Source: an uncultured delta proteobacterium (GTDB lineage Bacteria > Desulfobacterota > Desulfobaccia > Desulfobaccales > 0-14-0-80-60-11). Taken from it: 64,000 nt of DNA. Numbering within the stretch: position 1 is the stretch's first letter; each line of letters starts with the position of its first letter. The DNA lies in the NCBI GenBank assembly GCA_963812015.1, contig CAWETI010000003.1, positions 1,888,001 to 1,952,000 on the forward strand, given 5' to 3'. Positions 9,373 to 18,159 of the stretch are shown here, in pieces. Both the position numbers and the translations under genes were made by a program. Below the pieces are notes generated by a model. That model did no database searches. It was not told the origin of the DNA and saw only the letters and a program-made list of their open reading frames with translations.

Positions 9373-11296
9373 CCTGATCAGGAGGGCGCAAATCGTGGTG
9401 ATTGATGAGTTGATAGAGGGTGGGGCGGGAGATTCCCAGCAGCCGCGCGGCCTTAGCCTTATTCCAGCCGGTTTGCATCAGGGCCTGGAGAATGTCCGGC
9501 CTTTCCAGCGAAGATATTTTGGGGCGAGCCGCGCCGGCGGGAACTTCCTGGGGCGAGTAATCCTGAATCTCGGCCGGCAGATGTTCCAAAGTAATGGTCG
9601 GGCCGTTGCATAGGACAAAGGCATGTTCGATGGCATGCTGCAGTTCTCTGACATTTCCCGGCCAGGGGTAAATCATGAAGATTTGCAAAACTTCCTGGGA
9701 TACCCCCTCAATGCCTTTGTGATAACTCTGATTAAATAACGTTATGAAATTATTTAGCAACAAAGGTATGTCTTCCCGCCTTTCCCGCAAGGCCGGCAAC
9801 GCGACTTCCAATACCTTCAGGCGATAATAGAGGTCCTCCCGAAATTCTCCCAAACTGACCTTTTGCTTCAAATTCACATTGGTGGCGGCAATAATCCTTA
9901 CGTCTACCCGGCAAGTTACGGAATCACCCACGCGCTCAAACGTCTTTTCCTGTAACGCCCTTAACAGCTTCAACTGTAACTTGGGTGGAATATCCCCCAC
10001 TTCATCCAGAAATAGGGTGCCTCCATGCGCGGCTTGCAAGCGGCCCACCCGGTCCTTCTGGGCCCCGGTGAAAGCCCCTTTTACATGCCCGAACAATTCG
10101 CTCTCCAGCAGATTCTCTGCCAAGGCTGAACAATTCACGGTTATCAGGGGTTTATCGGCCCGGCCCCCGCCATAATGGAGCGCCTTGGCAACCAACTCCT
10201 TGCCGGTGCCGGTTTCACCCGTGATCAACACGGTGGTGTCCGTATACATCAATTGATCCAGCAGGCTGAATATTTGCTGCATCTTATGGCTTTTGCCCAC
10301 AATATTATGCAGGTTATACCGCCCGCGCAATTCCCCTTCCATTTCGGCCACCCGGGTCAAATCCCTGATGACCAGAACCGTGCCCATGGTTTTATCCGCA
10401 CTATCCCTCAAGGCAGAACTACTCACCGCCACGATTTGGCGCGACCGATTTTGCTGCTTACATTCCAGTCGGTAATCTTTGATGGTTTTTTCTGTCCTCA
10501 GCATCTCCCGTAAAGCTGCAAAACATGATTGCCCGCAATATCTAGTGACTTCCTGAAACTTCTTACCGATCATCGCTTTGGGATCCAGGCCGCAAATTTC
10601 CCGGTTGGCATCATTGGCGGCGGTAATCCGCATATCCTTGTCAACCGTGATGATGGCGTCATTGACGCTCCGGAATATAGCTTCCAGATTGCGGCGATTT
10701 TGTTCTTTCTCCGCTTCGAACAGGTTTTGCGTCGTCTGAATCAGCCGCGCTTTATTGATGGCCACTGCCGCCAGGGACGCCAGGGACAGGACCAGATTTT
10801 CATAAGCCCCGTGGAAGGGCACCAGTTTCCCCTTATCGTCCATGGCGTTAATCAGCTCTAAAACACCGGTTACGGTGCCGGTATGATCTTTGAGGGGGAC
10901 CGCCAGAATGGATTGCGTGTGGTAATGATTGCGCCGATCAAAGGCCGGGTTGAAGCGATACGGCAAATCGGCCGACAATTCATAGACATCCGAGATATTC
11001 AGGATGTTACCCGTGAGGGCTACATAACCGGCAATACTGCGCTCGCTAATCGGAATCTCAAATTGCTTGAAAAAGTGGAAGTCTTCACCCTGCAAAAGCA
11101 TCAAGGTATTATTTTGCGCTACTTCGAAGCGGAGATTGCCATTCTTCACCAAGAAAATGCTGCCGCCATCCGCGTGAGTCAGGAGGCGGAGTTCATAGAT
11201 AATTTTTTGCAATAACCTGGATAGATCTGTTTCGCTGGAGAGAGCTATACTGATTTCTATGAGTTTTTGTTTGGCAACGTCGAATGAGGCAGCCAT
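9368..11296 (-). CDS. Sigma54-dependent activator: GAF + PAS + AAA+ + Fis-type HTH
   Basis: GETGTGKE, ESELFGHVKGAFTGA, LFLDEVG, WPGNVREL and NKAKAARLLGISR. Confidence 0.95.
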   Translation of the reverse strand: MAASFDVAKQKLIEISIALSSETDLSRLLQKIIYELRLLTHADGGSIFLVKNGNLRFEVAQNNTLMLLQGEDFHFFKQFEIPISERSIAGYVALTGNILNISDVYELSADLPYRFNPAFDRRNHYHTQSILAVPLKDHTGTVTGVLELINAMDDKGKLVPFHGAYENLVLSLASLAAVAINKARLIQTTQNLFEAEKEQNRRNLEAIFRSVNDAIITVDKDMRITAANDANREICGLDPKAMIGKKFQEVTRYCGQSCFAALREMLRTEKTIKDYRLECKQQNRSRQIVAVSSSALRDSADKTMGTVLVIRDLTRVAEMEGELRGRYNLHNIVGKSHKMQQIFSLLDQLMYTDTTVLITGETGTGKELVAKALHYGGGRADKPLITVNCSALAENLLESELFGHVKGAFTGAQKDRVGRLQAAHGGTLFLDEVGDIPPKLQLKLLRALQEKTFERVGDSVTCRVDVRIIAATNVNLKQKVSLGEFREDLYYRLKVLEVALPALRERREDIPLLLNNFITLFNQSYHKGIEGVSQEVLQIFMIYPWPGNVRELQHAIEHAFVLCNGPTITLEHLPAEIQDYSPQEVPAGAARPKISSLERPDILQALMQTGWNKAKAARLLGISRPTLYQLINHHDLRPPDQV

Positions 11297-11638
11297 GGTA
11301 TGACCTCGTTTCGTCTAAATATACCTTTGCATCCGTCGGTCTCAGCCGATCAGGACTGGTTTGGCAGTGCCACTGGGTTCAGCCGATGCATCTCTCCCCT
11401 CATCCCCCTCAAGCCCGCCTGGCTTTTTATCCCGGCAACTATGTTTGCGTTTATTGCCGACATTGTCAAGGGGGAAACCCCGGACTGGGCTTAGTGTTGG
11501 GTTTCATAAATCGTATGATGGCAAGCCACCTGAAAACCTTGGATAGAAGGCGAGTGTGCCCTGGGAGCAGGAGGTGTGATCAGGTCCTGGCAATGAATCG
11601 AGGACGGAGCCCGGGGGCGTCCCGGACGTCGGCGCATT

Positions 11639-12478
11639 TCAGGCCGGCTGGGCCTGGGTCGAACGGGGCGACTGGGCCGCCGCCACCGCCCCGGGCACCA
11701 GGAAAGTGGTCAGGGCTTGTTCCACCTTTTCCAGGTCCACCTGGGTATCGTAGCAGGGACCGTGGGGGCGCTGATTGATCACCCCGAAGACCGGCAGCGG
11801 ATAGCTGTCCTGGATGCCGCTGCTGAGATCCCGCTCACAGGCCACCGCGATGATCAGGCGGGGCCGCCGTTCCACCACGATACGCCGGGCCAGGGTGCCC
11901 CCGGTGGCCACCGCCAGCCCCACCCCGTATTTCTCCGACAGATCCACCAGTCCGGTGATGGGACATTTGCCGCACCGCTTGCAGTGCACCGTACTGCCCG
12001 TGATCCGGAACTGGCATTCGTGGAATTGCAGACAATGGGGCATGAGCAGCAGCAGCTTATCCGGTGTGGTGCGGGGGTGTTGCGCCAGGACCAGCTGATT
12101 GTTGATCTCGATGAACGAGCGGCGGACCTGGTCCTTGGAGACGCCGCATAATTTCCCCACGACGCTCATCAACGGCAGGAGCAGCTTGATCACCAATCCC
12201 CGAAGTTTGCGGGAAAAAAACAGGTCCCGCCCCAAGACCACGGTGAGGGCCAGCATGACCAGGACGCCCACCACCAGCAGGAGCAGGAGGCTGAAGATGA
12301 CTCCCAGGATCAGGGGCAAGCGGGGACTGATGTTGGTGAGCCCCACGTAGGGCACATACCAGAAGACGCCCAGGATGAGGGTGAACAGGATGCAGGTGAC
12401 GGCCAGCAAGCCCAGGAAGATGCGCTTCTGGGGCCGCAGCGAATTGCCGCCGTTCAAGATGGGACCTGACTCATCCAT
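11639..12478 (-). CDS. DUF116 domain membrane protein
   Basis: PHCLQ, CKRCGKC, ATGGTLAR and AVACERDL; usual position downstream of fmt. Confidence 0.88.
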   Translation of the reverse strand: MDESGPILNGGNSLRPQKRIFLGLLAVTCILFTLILGVFWYVPYVGLTNISPRLPLILGVIFSLLLLLVVGVLVMLALTVVLGRDLFFSRKLRGLVIKLLLPLMSVVGKLCGVSKDQVRRSFIEINNQLVLAQHPRTTPDKLLLLMPHCLQFHECQFRITGSTVHCKRCGKCPITGLVDLSEKYGVGLAVATGGTLARRIVVERRPRLIIAVACERDLSSGIQDSYPLPVFGVINQRPHGPCYDTQVDLEKVEQALTTFLVPGAVAAAQSPRSTQAQPA

Positions 12479-12486
12479 GCGCAGTT

Positions 12487-13431
12487 CTACTCCAGCCCCT
12501 GGCCGATTAAAGGTTGGCCTCGCAGAAATTCGGCAGCCTCCAGGCGCTTGTGCCCGGCCAGCTGCAATGCTTGTACCGTGATACTGCCTTGACCGCAGGC
12601 GATTTCCAGACCTAACGGAGTCAGCTTTAAAACCGTCCCGGGGGCCGCCAGGCTTCCTTCACTCTTTTTGACCCGGGCCCCGAATAACTTGAGAACCCGG
12701 CCCGTTAACAAGGCGTAGGCTCCCGGCCTGGGGTCCAGGCCCCGGATCCAGCCGGCTACTTCCCGGGAGGGCAGGTCCCAGTGGATACGGCGCATCTCCC
12801 GGGCCAGAGGCGGGGCCATGGTCACCTCCGCCAGGTCTTGCGGAAGCTGGATAGATTCCCCCCGCCGTAGCATTTCCAGGGATTGGACCAGCAGGGCCGC
12901 CCCCCGCTCCGCCAGCCGGGCGTACAAGGTCCCGGCATTGTCTTCCGGGGTGATGGGCACCCGCTCCTGGAGGAAAACCGGTCCCGAATCCACTTCGTAC
13001 CGAAGCCACTGGATGGTCACCCCGGTCTCCTGTTCCCCCCTGATCAGGGCCCAATTAATGGGGGCCGACCCCCGGTAGCGGGGCAGGAGGGAGGCATGGA
13101 CGTTGAGGGAACCCACTGAGGGCAAGGCCAGAATCTCGGGGGGCAGGATCCGGCCGTAGGCCACGACAATCATGAGCTCCGCTTCCAGCCCCTGAAGGTG
13201 CCGGATGAACTCCGGGTCTTTGAGACGCTGGGGCTGCAGCACCGGCAGATTCCAGGCCAGGGCCAGTTCCTTGACCGGCGAGGGGGTGACGACCTGGCCC
13301 CGGCCCCGGGGCCGGTCCGGTTGCGTCACCACGGCCGCCACCTCTTCCCCGGCGGCCAGGATGGCCTCGAGAGACGGAAGCGCGAACTGGGGAGTGCCCA
13401 TGAAAATCAGGCGCCAGGGTCGGGATTTCAC
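12487..13431 (-). CDS. fmt: Methionyl-tRNA formyltransferase
   Basis: FMGTPQFA, VVTQPDRPRGRG and NVHASLLPRYRG. Confidence 0.97.
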   Translation of the reverse strand: MKSRPWRLIFMGTPQFALPSLEAILAAGEEVAAVVTQPDRPRGRGQVVTPSPVKELALAWNLPVLQPQRLKDPEFIRHLQGLEAELMIVVAYGRILPPEILALPSVGSLNVHASLLPRYRGSAPINWALIRGEQETGVTIQWLRYEVDSGPVFLQERVPITPEDNAGTLYARLAERGAALLVQSLEMLRRGESIQLPQDLAEVTMAPPLAREMRRIHWDLPSREVAGWIRGLDPRPGAYALLTGRVLKLFGARVKKSEGSLAAPGTVLKLTPLGLEIACGQGSITVQALQLAGHKRLEAAEFLRGQPLIGQGLE

Positions 13432-13937
13432 CTAACCGCCACCTGTTTCTTCAAACGCCTTAAATAGAGCCCCCGCTTGAGGCGGCTGATATGATCGATG
13501 AACAGAATCCCGTTCAGATGATCGATTTCATGCTGGAGCACGATGGCCACCAACCCTTCCCCACTGATTTCAATGGGTTTGCCTTCACGGTCCAGACCTT
13601 TGACCAGCACCTTGGCATGACGCCTCACCTCGGCGGCAAAGTCGGCCACCGACAGACAGCCTTCCTCATGGATGATCTCCCCTTCCCCTGCCACGATGCA
13701 GGGATTGATCACCACCTGAAGTTTTCGGGACCGGCCCTCTTTGTGGGTTACGTCGAAGACGATGAGACGCTGGAGTTCCCCCACCTGGTTGGCGGCCAGC
13801 CCCAAGCCCGGCGCGGCATACATGGTCTCCGCCATGTCGTCCACGAGACGCTGCACTCTCCCGTCGATCTCGGTGATTTCCTTGGCTTCTTGCCGCAACA
13901 CCGGATGGGGTAATTGACAAATCGGTAATACTGCCAT
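13428..13937 (-). CDS. def: Peptide deformylase
   Basis: GLGLAANQVG, EGCLS and QHEIDHLNG. Confidence 0.97.
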   Translation of the reverse strand: MAVLPICQLPHPVLRQEAKEITEIDGRVQRLVDDMAETMYAAPGLGLAANQVGELQRLIVFDVTHKEGRSRKLQVVINPCIVAGEGEIIHEEGCLSVADFAAEVRRHAKVLVKGLDREGKPIEISGEGLVAIVLQHEIDHLNGILFIDHISRLKRGLYLRRLKKQVAVR

Positions 13938-14090
13938 GGGCGTGATAATTCTAGTCCCAGAGTAAAGTGTTTTGTTTAATTTAAGGCAAAATCGGAAATT
14001 TTTCAAGAACTCACCGGTCGTCAAGGCCAAAATTGTGGTCGGAGATCATAGAGAAGCGGGGGGAGCCGGGCTCAAGGCGCCGGGAGGATA

Positions 14091-14123
14091 AAAAAGGTGA
14101 GGAGCCGTTTGCCGGCCCCTCAC
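14091..14123 (-). terminator. Probable intrinsic terminator of the Spy/ZraP-like gene
   Basis: GGTGAGG...CCTCACC stem followed by a T tract on the minus strand. Confidence 0.55.
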
Positions 14124-14159
14124 CATCCGGAGGTGGGTTAAGTGAGGAAGGGAGATTTT

Positions 14160-14624
14160 TTACTTGGCCGGCCCGTCGGGGCCAGGGCCACCACCGGCGC
14201 CAACCTTGGGGCAACCACCGACGCCCATGCCGCCGCCGTGGCCGCCTTTGCCATGGCCGAAACACTTGGCCAGCTGCGGGGCGATTTTACGGGCTTCCAG
14301 GTGGAAGGCCGTGCTCTTCTCGATCATTTGGCCCCGCAGGGCGTTGAGTTCCTTCGCCTTGGCGGTAATCGCCTTTTCATCAGGCTTTTCGGCCTTCCAC
14401 AGCGCCGCTAGCTCAGCGTGCTTGACCATCATCTGTTTGCGCACCTCGGCGGTGTCGTTCCTGAACTTCTCCTTGAGGTCAAAGAGCTTCCCCGCCTGAT
14501 CCGGCGTGAGGTTCATGGCTCCCATCATGCCGCCGCCCATGGGACGGGCCCATGAGGCCGCGGCCAACCCCAGGCTCAACGCCAGGGCCAACACCACTAC
14601 CAGGGACATCTTACTCGTTTTCAT
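14160..14624 (-). CDS. Spy/CpxP/ZraP-family periplasmic chaperone
   Basis: Signal peptide, Gly/Met-rich linker, LTPDQ motif; AGGAGGAG RBS. Confidence 0.85.
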   Translation of the reverse strand: MKTSKMSLVVVLALALSLGLAAASWARPMGGGMMGAMNLTPDQAGKLFDLKEKFRNDTAEVRKQMMVKHAELAALWKAEKPDEKAITAKAKELNALRGQMIEKSTAFHLEARKIAPQLAKCFGHGKGGHGGGMGVGGCPKVGAGGGPGPDGPAK

Positions 14625-14686
14625 GTGGACTTATCTCCTCTATCTCGGTTGCGATTGGTTAGTCCGGTTATTCGGCCTTTAGTAAG

Positions 14687-14715
14687 TTAAACCCCCAGGG
14701 GAGCCAAACCCGGCG
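14687..14715 (-). promoter_or_regulatory. Shared bipartite motif CGCCGR-N15-GGGTTWWA, copy 1
   Basis: Same motif and spacing at 56015-56043 and 56742-56770. Confidence 0.55.
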
Positions 14716-14850
14716 CGGTGGCCTGATTTTTTTTCGAGAGGCAGGAACGGACTGAGGAGAAGTGGCCAATGGCGAGAACCGGCGGCGAGAACCCATCAGG
14801 CCACCTTAGTTTGGGGAAATTCTCGAGTGACCTGCCAGCGCTGCCGCCCC

Positions 14851-17016
14851 CTAAGGCGCTTTGCCAATTTGCCGGATGATCTGGTAAACATCTTTGGACA
14901 CCGAGGTGAAGCGGATGTCCGCCTCCTTCAGGATATCGCCCCGGGCCCGCACCGCGGTAACCTTACCGTAGATTTTGCCCCTCACCTCGCTGGCCTCATT
15001 CAGGAGATGGAGGCGCACGTCGTCCCATGCCTGGACCTCCCCTTCCAGGCTAATTTGCGCCGAGGTGTCGCACAGGTGGGTCATCCAGGCATGACCGGCC
15101 GCGTCCTGCACGATCTTTTCTTTGATAATGAAGACCTGGATTTTGATGGGGGTAGTCAGGGCCATGAGGGTATCGCACCTTTCTATGAGGTGGATTTCGT
15201 AAGGCCCGTGGATACCCCGGACATCATAGAGGGTGGCCGGTAGGGGCACCCCTTTCATCTGCACCTGCATGGTGCGCTGCACCTCCACCAGGTCCCGCAC
15301 CCGTTCATAGGTCGCGGCGCTGATGAGCACCTGGCCGCCCACGGAATATGACTCCATCCGGCCGGTAAAATTGACCGGGGAGCCCACCACGCTGTACTTG
15401 GTCCGCTGTTCCGAGCCGATATTGCCCACCACCACTATCCCGGTGTTGACCGCGATGCCCATCTGGAGATAGGGCATCCCTTCGGCCTCGTTGAGCCGGT
15501 TGATCTCATCCATGGAGGCCTGCATGGCCAGGGCGCACGCCACCGCCCGCACCGGGTGATCTTCCAGGGGCTCCGGCGCCCCGAAAAAGGCCAAGAGACC
15601 GTCGCCGATGATCTCATCGATAGTCGCCCGGTGCTCCAGGAGCACTTCGATCATTTTGCCCAGGTAGCGGTTCAAGAAGGTGATCACCTGCTCGGGGTGC
15701 ATGTCCGCGGTCAAGGCGGTAAAACCCCGCAGGTCCGACATGAGAATGGAGAGTTCCCGGGTCTCACCTCCCATTTGCAGGGCGTCCCGGTCTTCCAGGA
15801 GCTTTTTCACCACTTCCTGAGTGACATAACGCCCGAAGGTATCCCGGACGAAGTCCCGTTTTTCGATGTAATCCGTGAGTTGGCGGCCCATCTCGTTGAA
15901 GGACTGGGCCAGGTTGGCGACCTCCCGGACCCCGGTTTCTGGCACCGTGGCGTTAAAGTCCCCCTGGGCGATGGCCGCGGTCTGACGAGCCAGAATTCTC
16001 AAGGGTCGCGCAATCGTTTTGGAAATGGCCACGATCACCACCGCCAGCAACAGCAGTCCTAACATGATGATCCCGAAAATTTTCCGGCTCAGACTGTGGA
16101 CTTCGGCAAATAATTCCTGTTCCGGGATAACCACCGCCAGAGACCAGCCGGTGGACGGCAACGGGGCGTAAAAGAGCCATGATTTTTTGCCGGAATGAAA
16201 GTCAAGCAACGGCACAAACCCGGACCCGCCCCGGATCATGTCCCGTCCCAGGCGCCGCAGGGAGGGGTCACCTCGGGCTTCGGCCAGGCTGAAGACGCTC
16301 TCCCGCATGATCCATTGGGTATTCGGGTGCGTGACGAAGACCCCGTTGCCGGAGATGAGAAAGGCGTAGCCGCTCTGATAAATTTTGACCGCGGAGACCA
16401 GGTCTTGAAGCCACATCAGGGAGAGGTCGGCGGTGACCACGCCCTGGAACCGACGCACCGAACCCTCCCGCCGGTAAAATGGCACGGAATACGTGGACAT
16501 GATGATGTTGCCGCCGCCTTCGTCGAAGTAGGGCTCACTCCACATGGCCTGAGAGAGTTCTTGGGGGAGCTGATACCAATCATAGTAAAAGTAGCGGTAA
16601 GATTCACTCCCCAGATAGGTGATCTTGATCTCTTGGCCTTCCCGAAAGCAATAGGGGCAAAAATAATTGTGGCGGGGATCAAAGGCGTAAGGTTCAAAGG
16701 CCACCGCCACCCCGAAGACCTCCCGGTTATTGGCCACGGTGCGGCGCATCAGGCGCTGCAACTCCGCCTGCCGGTGAGGGTAATCCTCTATCACCGCGGC
16801 CAGGTTGCCGGGGATTTTCATCACCGCTTGGAGCATGGCCTCAATCCGGTACGCGGTCTCCAGGGTGAGGTGCCTGGCGTTTTCGCCCACCTGTTCAATG
16901 ACTGCCTGTTTCGAGGCCACCAGGTTATAGGTGAACGCCGCCAGAAAGATAATGCCCGTGCTGGCGAGGATCAGCAAGATGAGTTGGGCGGCCAGTCCTC
17001 GGGGTTTGGATTGCAT
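14851..17016 (-). CDS. Membrane class III nucleotidyl cyclase: TM-dCache-TM-HAMP-cyclase + PilZ-like tail
   Basis: WSEPYFDEGGG (dCache), SDLRGFT, IDEIIGDG, GNIGSEQRTKYSVVG and VNFTGR. Confidence 0.92.
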   Translation of the reverse strand: MQSKPRGLAAQLILLILASTGIIFLAAFTYNLVASKQAVIEQVGENARHLTLETAYRIEAMLQAVMKIPGNLAAVIEDYPHRQAELQRLMRRTVANNREVFGVAVAFEPYAFDPRHNYFCPYCFREGQEIKITYLGSESYRYFYYDWYQLPQELSQAMWSEPYFDEGGGNIIMSTYSVPFYRREGSVRRFQGVVTADLSLMWLQDLVSAVKIYQSGYAFLISGNGVFVTHPNTQWIMRESVFSLAEARGDPSLRRLGRDMIRGGSGFVPLLDFHSGKKSWLFYAPLPSTGWSLAVVIPEQELFAEVHSLSRKIFGIIMLGLLLLAVVIVAISKTIARPLRILARQTAAIAQGDFNATVPETGVREVANLAQSFNEMGRQLTDYIEKRDFVRDTFGRYVTQEVVKKLLEDRDALQMGGETRELSILMSDLRGFTALTADMHPEQVITFLNRYLGKMIEVLLEHRATIDEIIGDGLLAFFGAPEPLEDHPVRAVACALAMQASMDEINRLNEAEGMPYLQMGIAVNTGIVVVGNIGSEQRTKYSVVGSPVNFTGRMESYSVGGQVLISAATYERVRDLVEVQRTMQVQMKGVPLPATLYDVRGIHGPYEIHLIERCDTLMALTTPIKIQVFIIKEKIVQDAAGHAWMTHLCDTSAQISLEGEVQAWDDVRLHLLNEASEVRGKIYGKVTAVRARGDILKEADIRFTSVSKDVYQIIRQIGKAP

Positions 17017-17063
17017 AATTCCCTGATGTCGCTTCCGGTCATTCTTTGCCGGAGCAACCCATC

Positions 17064-18080
17064 CTATTGCGCCTGGGGAAGACAGTCGCGATAAAATTCC
17101 GAAAATTTCGGGATCTGTGCGATCAGGCCGTTTTCCTGGAGGACCCCCGCGACCCGGGCATACGCTTCGGACGTAAGGGTGCCCATGGGCAGGTTCCATC
17201 CCGGCGGCTGGATGATATCCCGCATCCGCTCCAGCATCCATTTCTGGTGGACCCGGTCCGTCGCCACATTCGCGGCCCGGACATAACCCATAACAATATC
17301 CAGGGATTCATCCGGGTGGGCGAAGGCATACCGCCACCCCTCGAGAGAAGCCGCCACGAAGGCCCGGCATCTTTCCGGATGCTGTTGCACCGTCTCTTCC
17401 AGGCAATAAATGCCGTCCTCGGGGAAGTTCATCCCGTAATCGGCCATAAAAAAAGTGGTTAATTCCTCCGGATTCACGCCGGCGTTGAGAATCTGGTGAT
17501 ACTCGTTGTACCACATGGCCGAGGCCACCTCTACCCCATCCCGCAAGAACAGGTTCAGGGTTGCCGATTGGGGGACCTCCCTCACCCGGAGATGGTGTTG
17601 GCGAAAAAAGGCCCGAGGCTGCAAGCGGAATTCATCCCCCCAGAGGCCCACTCTTTTGCCGTTGATGTCCGCGGGGGCGAGAACGCCCTGGGCTTTCTTG
17701 GCTACCAGCATGAGGGCGGACCGTTGCACCATCTGGGCTATGTTGACCAGTTTGCCCCCCTGGGCCCGCGCTTCGATGCCCTTGGCGAGAAACGCGGTCC
17801 CGAAATCAACCCGGCCCTGGGCCAGCATCTCCGAGGCCGGCCACTCGGGGCCGCCCCGCATGATTTTCACTTCCAGGTGGTGCTGCCGGTAGAAGCCCTT
17901 GGCGTATGCCACGTAGTAGCCGGCGAACTGGGCCTGGGGAAGCCACTGGGGCATAAAGGTGACCCGGGCCAGGCCGCTTTCCTGGGCTCTGGCCCCGGCC
18001 CCCAGCAGGAGGCAGGCCAGCAGCGCCATGACGCCGCCCTTCACCAGACGCGGTACTAAACCTACCATTAAGCCAGGCAT
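17064..18080 (-). CDS. NMT1/THI5/SsuA-like periplasmic solute-binding protein
   Basis: QWLPQAQFAGYYVAYAKGFY; signal peptide; no permease or ATPase next to it. Confidence 0.88.
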   Translation of the reverse strand: MPGLMVGLVPRLVKGGVMALLACLLLGAGARAQESGLARVTFMPQWLPQAQFAGYYVAYAKGFYRQHHLEVKIMRGGPEWPASEMLAQGRVDFGTAFLAKGIEARAQGGKLVNIAQMVQRSALMLVAKKAQGVLAPADINGKRVGLWGDEFRLQPRAFFRQHHLRVREVPQSATLNLFLRDGVEVASAMWYNEYHQILNAGVNPEELTTFFMADYGMNFPEDGIYCLEETVQQHPERCRAFVAASLEGWRYAFAHPDESLDIVMGYVRAANVATDRVHQKWMLERMRDIIQPPGWNLPMGTLTSEAYARVAGVLQENGLIAQIPKFSEFYRDCLPQAQ

Positions 18081-18159
18081 GGCAACGCTCCCCCCTGTGT
18101 CTCTCACCTTGTGCGTGGCGCCCCCAACGCGCCTGGAGCTGCTAACCCCATCACGCTTT

